A stretch of DNA of 64,000 bases from Chrysemys picta bellii (Eukaryota), in the NCBI RefSeq assembly GCF_011386835.1, contig NC_088807.1:18910001-18974000 (forward strand), given 5' to 3'. The notes below the pieces were generated by a model. That model worked only from the letters and a program-made list of their open reading frames with translations, had not been told where the DNA came from and ran no database searches. The position numbers were made by a program, and so were the translations under genes. Below are positions 23,786 to 32,280 of the stretch, piece after piece; position 1 is the stretch's first letter, and every line of letters begins with the position of its first letter.

Positions 23786-26700
23786 CTAACACGCCAGCCA
23801 CCTGCCCTGTCCGGCCCAGGCCCTGTCCTCCAGCCACCTGCGGTGTCGGCAGCACACGCAGTACCTAGGGGAGAGCGGCTGTCAGGGTCTGCCCCCTGCC
23901 CTCACCCCCGGACTCCTGGGGTCTCTCCCTGGCTCTGGGAGGGGAGTGGGGTCTAGTGGGTAGAGCAGGGGGCTGGGAGCCAGGACTCCTGGGTTCTCTC
24001 CCTGGCTCTGGGAGGGGAGTGGGGTCTAGTGGGTAGAGCAGGGGGGTGCTGGGAGCCAGGACTCCTGGGTTCTATCCCTGGCTCTGGGAGGGCTGTTCAG
24101 ATTCTCACTGAGTGCTGGGTGGGGTCACCCCACTTTCAGTATCTGCGATGAGCCCAGAGGGGTAGAGGTCCCCAGAATCTGCCTCAGTTAGGGGTGATCC
24201 GAGGTTTTTGGGTGCATGGGGGCGGGGATGCCGTGAAGATGAAGGGGGAAAATATGGGTGTTGGGCATCAGAGGTAGGGAACGTGGGGTACCCAGGGCAG
24301 CCCCCCATCCTGAGCCACTCTATCCCAGCAGGGCACTCACAGCAGGGCGGCCGAGGCCAGCAGCACGGACTGGCAGACCAGGAAGAGATAGAGGGTGATT
24401 TCCTTCCTCTCCGCATCCCGCGGGTCCTCCTCTGGGGACAGAAAGGGGGTGAGCCCCAAGCCCCCCCCACAGCCCCCCACACCTCCACCCCACTGACCAG
24501 CAGACCCCTGGTTCCCCCCAGTACCCCACACCCCCTGCCACCCCCCAGGCTCCCATTCACCCCACTGTCCCCCAACCCCCAGTACCCCACACCCCCTGCT
24601 AACCCCGTTCACCCCACTACCCATCAGCTCCCCTGTCCTCCCCACCCCCATCTGCCCCCCACTGCCCAGCCCCCCACCCCAACCCCACGGCAGCAGCTAC
24701 CTCCGCAGAGCTCCCCGTCGAAGCACTGGGCATTGATGCGAAGGCAGGTCCAGCAGTCGAGAACTGGTCCCTCTGTAACCGCTGGGATGTGGAAAGGGGG
24801 GACCAGGTCAGGGACCCACGGGGAGACCCCGCCGTGCCCTGCAGGGGGTGCCAGCTCCCACCTGACCCCAGGGAGCAGGGAATGGGGCAGGGGGCCTTTC
24901 CCCTCAAGGGGGCGCCAGCTCCCACCCGGCCCCAGGGCAGGGACTGGTTGGCTCAGGGAGCAGGGAACGGGGCACGGGGCCTATCCCCTCCAGGGGGCGC
25001 TGGCAGGGGACTGTGGGTAGGCACCAGGGGGCCACACTCACTGCAGTCCTCGGAGCAGGCTGTGGGGGAAGCACAGACAGACACAGCGTTAGAGACCCTC
25101 TCTCATGGGGCACTCCTTGCCCCCCACGTCCCTCAGAGCCCCCCACCGCCCGCCCATCACCCAGAGGGCCCTACCCTGATCTCAGGGACGCTGGACCCAG
25201 ATCTCCCCGCTCCGCCCCCAATGCTGCTTGCGTCTCATGCGGCTGGAGATGGGGGGGTCCCTGGCTGTCGCATGGGGGGTGGGAGGGTGTCACGGAGTAT
25301 TGGGGAACTCAGGGCCCTGCACCCCCGGCTTCCTGCGATTCACCATGACTCTCAGCCAGCCAGTAAAGCAGAAGGTTTATTTGGATGACAGGAATACAGT
25401 CCAAGACAGGTCTTGCAGGCACAGACAACAGGGCCCCCCTCAGTTAGGTCCAGCTTGGGGTCCCAGGGCATTCCAGCCCAGCCCCCCTTGGGAGGTCAGA
25501 GCCATCTCTGCCTCCCAGCCATCTCTCCAGCCTCCTTCCAGCCTGCTTCCAGCACTCTGCCTTCAGCGACCCCTCCCACAGCCTTTGTTCAGTTTCCCGG
25601 GCCCCGGAGTCATCTGACCTCCAACCCCCTCCTGGGTTCTCATGTTACAAGCTCAGGTATGTTCCCTTGGGCCGGCTCCCATCCCCCGATGCAGACCATC
25701 CTAGTCACACTCCCCTGTCAGCATTCACACACCCCAGCAAGAACAGTCCCAGTTCGTCACATCTCTCCCCCCTTCGAGACCGAACTGAGCAGGGTCACTT
25801 TAGCCAGTGACCCGGGGAAGTTCGAACCTACCCCCGTTCCCATGGATGCCCCCGCATCCCTCCAGTTCCTTGGTGAGAATTACACCAGGCCCCTTCCGTT
25901 CCACGCCCCCCCTTAGGTCGGGGGTGCTTGATGGCACTCGCAGTTCGCATGTGGGAAGGTTTATGCGGCCTGTGCCCTTTCCCCACCCCCATACCTCTGG
26001 GGTTCCAACTGGGCTGTGGTCTTCTCCCAGCGCTCCAGTCTGGAGGTCTGTGCTTTGGGCTCTCTTGGTTTAGAGCCGCCCTTTTAACCTTGGCCACCCT
26101 CTGGAAAGGATCCTTTATGCTGGGCAAGGGTCCTAAAGCTCTTTTCCCCTTGTCCCAGGCCTTCCTCCCCCTCTGACAGGGGTCACAGGATCCGCAGTAC
26201 TGTCGGACAGTAACAAAGACCCCAGGCCAGTAAAAGCTCCGTAGCAGCCTCTGCTGGGTACGCCAGGTTCCCTGGTGCCCTGAGAGGGGAATGTCATGGG
26301 CCCGGCACAGCAGCTGGCGGCGATACTTCTGGGGTACCACCAGCTGCCTCCTGATCCCCCCTGACTCCATTTTCCCTGGGGGAGCCCATTCTCGGTACAG
26401 GAACCCCTTCTCCCACAGGAACCTTTTCCGGCCACCTCGTCCCATGGTCTGTACCGCATTGAGGTCGGCCAGGTCCCTTATCTTCCGCAAGGAGGGATCT
26501 CTCTGTAACTCGGCCTGGAACTCAGCAGCTGGGACAGGGATGGCCACCTGCTCTTTCTCGCCCGCTGGGTCCGAAGCTGCAGCCTCCCTGCGCCGTGTCC
26601 CTGGGCGTTCCCTCCCCACCAGGTTAGGGTCCTGCGCCTCAGGCAAGGCACCCCCCCCAAGGCCAGGGCGCAGTGCCCCTCGCCGGCTCTGACTGCGGGT

Positions 26701-29700
26701 CACAACTAAGGCGGTCTGGGGGCTGCTTGGCCAGTCCTCTAGGTCCCCCCCCATCAACACCTCAGTGGGCAAATGGTGGTGCACTCCCACGTCCTTGGGG
26801 CCCTCCTTGGCCCCCCATTTCAGGTGTACCCTCGCTACGGGAACCTTGAATGGGGTCCCGCCCACCCCGGTCAGGGTCAGGAAGGTGTTGGGCACCACCC
26901 GATCTGGGGCCACCACCTCGGGCCGGGCCAGTGTCACCTCTGCGCCCGTGTCCCAGTATCCATAAACTTTCTTCCCATCCACCTCCAGGGGAACAAGGCA
27001 CTCGCTCCGCAGGGACAGCCCCGCGCCAACCCTGTAAACGGAGAACTTTGAATCCGGAGCATCTGGCCCCCCAGAGAAGCTGGCCTGGGGCCCTTCTCTC
27101 TCTTGAGCAGTTGATAAGCTGCCAGCCCCTCTTGCGTTAGAAGCCTGCCCCTCGTCCGTCTGGGCCTCTACCAAGTTAACCCGGTGCGGGTTCGGTCTGC
27201 TCAGTCTGTCCTTGAGCTTGGGGCACTGGGCCCGAACGTGGCCTCTTCGGCCGCAGTAATAGCAGCTCAGGTCCCGTGGGTCCCCTCGAGCCGGTCGGTT
27301 GTCCCTGACGCTGGGCATTCCCCGTGGGAGGGGATTCCCCATATTCCCCCTTTGGGAGGTCCCAGGGTGACTCTCTCTCTGCATCGCGGCGGGCCTGTTC
27401 CTTTGGGGCTCCTCCCTGCCACCCCCTGACCGGCTCTTTACAAACTCATCAGCCAGCTGCCCGGCGTGTCGCGGGTTCTCTGGCTTTCTGTCCACCAACC
27501 ACAGCCTCAGGTCGGATGGGCACCGCTCATACAGTTGCTCCAGTACCAGCAGTTTAATCAGGTCCTCCTTCGTCTGGGCCCCACCAGCCCACTTGCTGGC
27601 GTATCTTTCCATGCGGGCGGCTAGTTGCAGATATGAGATCTCAGGGGTTTTATCCTGACTCCGGAACCTTTCCCGGTACATCTCAGGAGTCAGCCCAAAC
27701 TCTCGTAGCAGGGCCTTTTTGAATAGTTCGTAGTCCCCTTTCTCTGCCTCTCCCAGTTGGCGGTACAATGCCACGGATTTGGGGTCCAGTAAGGGGGTAA
27801 GGACCCGGAGTCTGTCCGCGGGATCCACCCGGTGCAGCTCGCAGGCCGTCTCAAAGGCCTCCAGGAAGTCATCCATGTCCTCCCCCTCCTTGTATGGGGC
27901 CATGATGCACTTATCAAAGCCCCGTGCAGTCCTGGGTCCCCCCTCACTCACCGCAGCCGGGGGTTCGCTGCCCTTCAATCTCGCCAGTTCCAGGTCATGC
28001 TGACGCTGTCTCTCATTCTCCTGTCTCTGTCTCTCTTTTTCCTCCCGTTCACGCTGATGCTGTCTCTCATTCTCCTCCCGTTCATGCTGTCTCTGTCTCT
28101 CTTCACGCTGATGCTGTCTCTCTTTCTCCTCCCGTTCACGCTGATGCTGTCTCTCATTCTCCTCCCGTTCATGCTGTCTCTGTTGTTCACGATCCTCCAG
28201 CTCCCTCAGTTTTAGCTCTTTCTCCCATTCCAGCCAATTCCGCTCCCCGGATGCCGAACGTCGCCGGGAGGATCCTCTGCTGGCCGGCGAGCTTCGCCGG
28301 GGGGACCCCCTGCTGGCCGGGGGGGTCACGGCGCCTTCGGTATTTGCTGGGCTCCTCCCCACCCTTCCCCTAGGCATAGGAAGGAGGGGTCTCGGGAAGC
28401 CCTCAGCAGCGGGCTGACCACTCCCAGCTGGGACAGACACTGGTGCCTGCGCTGCATTTGCCAGGCTGCTTCCCTGAGACACAGGGATCAGTTCATTCGC
28501 GCGATCTTCCGCCTCCAGCTGGGCAATGAGCTGTTCTTTGGTGAGCCTCCCAATGCGCAGCCGCCTCTGCTTGCACAGCTCCACCAGGTCGCTCTTAAGC
28601 CGCTTGGCATACATCTTCCTGCTGGCCACTCACCGGCCTGTGTGCTCACAGCTCCCCACAGTTCCCAGGGGGCCCCCTAGTGTGCCAGCCCTTCTCGAGG
28701 TCACCGCCTCTCCGCCAGGGTCGAGCTGCAGACTCCTCCGCCCCTGGGACCACTCGCTGCGATCCCCCCGGGGGACCCTGTTACTGCAAAAGTCCTTCTC
28801 GCTGGTCACACACTCCCAGGGGTAATAACCGTCTCTCTCCCACTCTTCAGCAGGCCTGGTTCCCGTCCATCCCCCTTCGTTTTACTGCTCCCCAGTCACT
28901 TACTGCAGGAAGCGCCGTCCACGGGGTGCAGTAGATCCCACCGCTGCCACCAGTTGTCACGGAGTATTGGGGAACTCAGGGCCCTGCACCCCCGGCTTCC
29001 TGCGATTCACCATGACTCTCAGCCAGCCAGTAAAGCAGAAGGTTTATTTGGATGACAGGAATACAGTCCAAGACAGGTCTTGCAGGCACAGACAACAGGG
29101 CCCCCCTCAGTTAGGTCCAGCTTGGGGTCCCAGGGCATGCCAGCCCACCCCCTTGGGGGGTCAGAGCCATCTCTGCCTCCCAGCCATCTCTCCAGCCTCC
29201 TTCCAGCCTGCTTCCAGCACTCTGCCTTCAGCGACCCCTCCCACAGCCTTTGTTCAGTTTCCCGGGCCCCGGAGTCATCTGACCTCCAACCCCCTCCTGG
29301 GTTCTCATGTTACAAGCTCAGGTATGTTCCCTTGGGCCGGCTCCCATCCCCCGATGCAGACCATCCTAGTCACACTCCCCTGTCAGCATTCACACACCCC
29401 AGCAAGAACAGTCCCAGTTCGTCACAGAGGGGTGTGGGGGGAGCCCCCCATCTCCGGGGGCACGTACCCAAGTCGGCGAAGCTCTCCATGGCCTCTCGGA
29501 GGCGGGTTCGCAGGGAGTCGCGGTGCTGGGCCAGCGTCAGCTGCAGCAGGTGAACCCCTGGGGGACAGGCAGACATTGCTGGGGGGCAGCCGGCCCCACG
29601 CGCACCTGGCACCCCTCCCCCAATGCCAGCCGAGATGCCGGGCACCTGTCATGTGGTCCACACCCCCTTCCGGAGACCCACAGCCCCACTCCCGCCCCCC

Positions 29701-30447
29701 ACCTCCCAGCCACTGCCGGCTCCTGCCCAGCATCCCTGCCCCCCGGGAACTCCAGCCCTGCCCCCCCCAGCCTGGGCCACTCTCAGCCCCGCCAGATCCA
29801 CCCCCCCACACACACACACACCTTTCCAAGGCGTCTCCTTGAGAGCCCTCAGCCAGCTGCTCAGAGCAGTTTTCACAGCCAGCATCCCGCGGACATCTGT
29901 ACAGGGAACCAAGGGGTCAAAGGGGGCACCCTCTGCCCCCCAGCAGCTGTGCCAGTGCTCCTCACTCCCGACCCGCAGCCCCTGCCAGCCCAGCCCTGGG
30001 CTCCCCCCATAGCTCTGCCGCTGCCCCTCACTCCCGACCCACAGCCCCCTGCTAGCCCGGCCCTTTCCCCCCACCCCAGCCCTGCCGGTGCCCCTCACTC
30101 CCGACCCGCAGCCCCTGCTAGCCCGGCCCTGGGCTCCCTGCTACCCAGCTTTGCCAGTGCCCCTCACTCCCAACCCGAAGCCCCCTGCTGTCCCAGCCCA
30201 GGTGCCCCCGGGGGAGGGGCCGCACACCCAGCACCCGGTGGTGTTTCTCTGGCAGGTGGGTGCTGTAGAGGCGCTCAAAGGCCTGGACCTGGCGTTGAAT
30301 TAGGGCATCCCGGTTGGGCACTTCAGAGGGCACCGCCTCCCCCAGCAGCACCCCCAGCCCCCGCAGGAAGGGCCGGTCGCAGTGCAGGCAGCCGCCCGCC
30401 CCCCGGGGGCGCAGCAGCAGCAGGAGGAGCAGGAGAGAGCAGGACAT
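23786..30447 (-). CDS. IZUMO3: Izumo sperm-egg fusion protein 3 (217 aa; signal peptide, Izumo domain, TM)
   Basis: Exons 30447-30228, 29896-29822, 29557-29468, 25059-25042, 24781-24701, 24431-24341, 23864-23786. GCLHCD...[11 protein letters not shown]...[37 protein letters not shown] match recalled human IZUMO3 ([33 protein letters not shown]). AATAAA on minus at 23688-23693. The last exon is less certain. Confidence 0.88.
25288..25761 (-). mobile_element. 3' LTR (474 bp), preceded by polypurine tract AAGGGGGGAGAGA (25774-25762)
   Basis: By eye it differs from the 5' LTR only by ~2 substitutions and a 2-bp indel, all in one ~25-bp patch. Confidence 0.95.
25828..28629 (-). CDS. 933-aa retrotransposon polyprotein: SAP/HeH-like N-terminus, coiled-coil repeats, SCAN-like capsid, CCHC knuckle, aspartic protease, integrase H2C2 zinc finger; no integrase core, RT or RNase H
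   Basis: Motifs [19 protein letters not shown]; [17 protein letters not shown]; [14 protein letters not shown]; WDTGAEVTL; [24 protein letters not shown]. Confidence 0.9.
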   Translation of the reverse strand: MASRKMYAKRLKSDLVELCKQRRLRIGRLTKEQLIAQLEAEDRANELIPVSQGSSLANAAQAPVSVPAGSGQPAAEGFPRPLLPMPRGRVGRSPANTEGAVTPPASRGSPRRSSPASRGSSRRRSASGERNWLEWEKELKLRELEDREQQRQHEREENERQHQREREEKERQHQREERQRQHEREENERQHQREREEKERQRQENERQRQHDLELARLKGSEPPAAVSEGGPRTARGFDKCIMAPYKEGEDMDDFLEAFETACELHRVDPADRLRVLTPLLDPKSVALYRQLGEAEKGDYELFKKALLREFGLTPEMYRERFRSQDKTPEISYLQLAARMERYASKWAGGAQTKEDLIKLLVLEQLYERCPSDLRLWLVDRKPENPRHAGQLADEFVKSRSGGGREEPQRNRPAAMQRESHPGTSQRGNMGNPLPRGMPSVRDNRPARGDPRDLSCYYCGRRGHVRAQCPKLKDRLSRPNPHRVNLVEAQTDEGQASNARGAGSLSTAQEREGPQASFSGGPDAPDSKFSVYRVGAGLSLRSECLVPLEVDGKKVYGYWDTGAEVTLARPEVVAPDRVVPNTFLTLTGVGGTPFKVPVARVHLKWGAKEGPKDVGVHHHLPTEVLMGGDLEDWPSSPQTALVVTRSQSRRGALRPGLGGGALPEAQDPNLVGRERPGTRRREAAASDPAGEKEQVAIPVPAAEFQAELQRDPSLRKIRDLADLNAVQTMGRGGRKRFLWEKGFLYREWAPPGKMESGGIRRQLVVPQKYRRQLLCRAHDIPLSGHQGTWRTQQRLLRSFYWPGVFVTVRQYCGSCDPCQRGRKAWDKGKRALGPLPSIKDPFQRVAKVKRAALNQESPKHRPPDWSAGRRPQPSWNPRGMGVGKGHRPHKPSHMRTASAIKHPRPKGGRGTEGAWCNSHQGTGGMRGHPWERG
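28935..28952 (-). other. Primer-binding site complementary to the 3' end of tRNA-Leu (AAG/TAG type)
   Basis: Plus strand ATCCCACCGCTGCCACCA equals the recalled 3'-terminal 18 nt (with CCA) of vertebrate tRNA-Leu-AAG/TAG, 2 nt from the 5' LTR. Confidence 0.85.
28955..29426 (-). mobile_element. 5' LTR (472 bp)
   Basis: Direct repeat of 25288-25761. AATAAA on minus near 29042-29047. Confidence 0.95.
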
Positions 30448-30669
30448 GGCCACAGATCCCCGGCCCCGCTGTGACCTCATCGGCCTGGTGACATCACAGA
30501 GCCAGAGGGGCAGAGTGTTCCCTGGGCGGGGAGGAAATGACATCATAGGCAGAAGAGTGGGTTAGAAGGTGTTGGCTGCAACACAAGAAATGATGTCACA
30601 AACAGAACTGGGGTCTAATGAGAGGAGTGGGTGTAGAACAGGAAGTGATGTCAGAGGCAGAAGAGGCAG

Positions 30670-31333
30670 TGTGACAAAGTGGGAATGTTCTTAATGTTTT
30701 CTCTGAATACTGTGTGGGTGCCTCAGTTTCCCCTATGCATTTCTTAACTATCTAGGGTGGTGGGAGAAGGGGGTGTGGTTGTTGCAGAGCCCTAGAGGGC
30801 CAGTGCGATGGTGTCTGCACAGAGAATGGCCAACACCCTGTCTCCTGGCAACTGATGGCCTGGGGCCCTCCCCTGCAAGTGCCAACTGAAGGTGTTGGAG
30901 AACAAAGAGATCAGGTGACCTCCTGGCCCGGGAAAGAGCCGAGGGGCTGGAGAGTTTCAGTTTGAGCTGGCTGGGGAAAGAGAGGCCTCAAGATGGACCT
31001 GACTTAGGGGTCCAGTTTCTGTACCTACAAGCTCTGTTTTGGACCGTGTTCCTCTCGTCTAATAAACCTTCTGTTTTAGTGGCTGGCTGAGAGTCACGTC
31101 TGACTGCGGAGTCGGGGGGCAGGGCCCTCTGGCTTCCCCAGGACCCCGCCTGGGTGGACTCGCTGTGGGAAGCGCACGGGGGGACGGGGATGCTGAATGC
31201 TCCGGGGTCAGACCCAGGAAGGTGGAAGCTGTGGAGGCTTCTTGCCCTGGAGACAGTCGGCTCCGAGAGAGGAGGCTCCCCCGAGTCCTGCCTGGCTTCA
31301 TATGGAGCAAGTCCAGAGCCTCGCCCGGGGACA
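30670..31333 (+). mobile_element. Solo LTR of a related Gypsy family
   Basis: Starts TGTGACA, ends ...GGGGACA. Contains AATAAACCTTCTGTTTTAGTGGCTGGCTGAGAGTCAC, similar to the LTR above. Imperfect 5-bp flanks GGCAG/GGCGG. Confidence 0.7.
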
Positions 31334-31619
31334 GGCGGCTAAAAGAAGAAGTGGCGGCACAACAAGAGATGATGTCAGAAGCAGAACAGGCATCTAGTGG
31401 GAGGAGCGGATGTAGAACAGGAAGTGATGTCAGGGGCAGAAGTTAGGGCTAAAGAAGAATTGAAGGCAATCAGGAACTGATGTCGAAGGCAGAATGGGAG
31501 GTGATGTTCGCAGCAGAAGAGGGGCTTAGAAAGGATTGGAGACAGAACAGGAAGTGATGTCAGAAGCAGGAAAGGGGCCCAGAGGTGGACTGAGGCAGAA
31601 TGGGAAGTGATGCAGGATT

Positions 31620-32037
31620 GCCAACCCTTGACCTTGATCTCCATCCCCCTGCACCAGGCGATGCCCTGTTCCCGCGGGCAGAGTCCCCTGGGTCCCAGCC
31701 GTGGCCCTGGGGCAGCAGGAGGAAGGGCCGGTTTGAGACACAAACCAGTTCTAGGGAGCTGGCTGGAGAACTTCATTCGAATTCTCATGCGCTCATCAAC
31801 TCATGGATGGTGGTGATGGGCTCGTTTCTGGGTGTGGGTCCCGAGTGAAACCTGTTGAGTTAAACTGCCTGTTGAAACACTTCGCGAGCAATTATTGAAT
31901 ATATTGAATATAACAACAGTAGCAGTGAAGGTTTGTTGAAAGTGAAGGGGAAAGTGCAGCCATTGAACGTGTCGGGGGAAACTGAGGCACACACGGGCTT
32001 AGTACAAATATTACAGAAAATCCCCCCCTTTGTCACA
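31620..32037 (-). mobile_element. LTR-like fragment, inverted relative to 30670-31333
   Basis: The minus strand from 32037 reads TGTGACAAAG...GTGTGCCTCAGTTTCCCC, resembling the start of the solo LTR. Left boundary uncertain. Confidence 0.5.
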
Positions 32038-32280
32038 GGAGATCTGAGGAAAACTGGGATGTGATGTCAGCGGCAGAAGAGGAAGTGATGTCAGACGTAG
32101 AAGAAGGGGCTAAAGAAGAATTGAGGCACAAGAAGAAGTGATGTCAGTGGCGGAATAGGAAGTGATGTCAGAAGTGGCACAGACCTTTATGGCAGGACTG
32201 GAGGCAGAACAGGAAGTGATGTCAGAGGCAGGAAGGATTAGAAGAGAACAGGAAGTGAGGTCATAGTGGTTGCCGGGGCG

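Larger units (their letters stand above)
25288..29426 (-). mobile_element. Gypsy (Gmr1-like) LTR retrotransposon, non-autonomous, 4139 bp, in IZUMO3 intron 3
   Basis: Two TG...CA LTRs (28955-29426, 25288-25761), 5-bp TSD GAGGG (25283-25287, 29427-29431), PBS and PPT in place, one internal ORF. Confidence 0.95.
30460..32270. promoter_or_regulatory. Divergent promoter region of IZUMO3 and the third IZUMO paralogue, with an array of CRE-like / ETS-CRE motifs
   Basis: TGATGTCA or TGACATCA at 30489, 30538, 30591, 30646, 31370, 31425, 31555, 32062, 32086, 32139, 32163, 32217. TGAGGTCA/TGACCTCA near both start codons. Function inferred. Confidence 0.6.

Noticed and set aside
25828-28629. Domesticated SCAN/Gag host gene
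   Set aside because: Flanked by near-identical LTRs, PBS, PPT and TSD, so it is a recent mobile copy.
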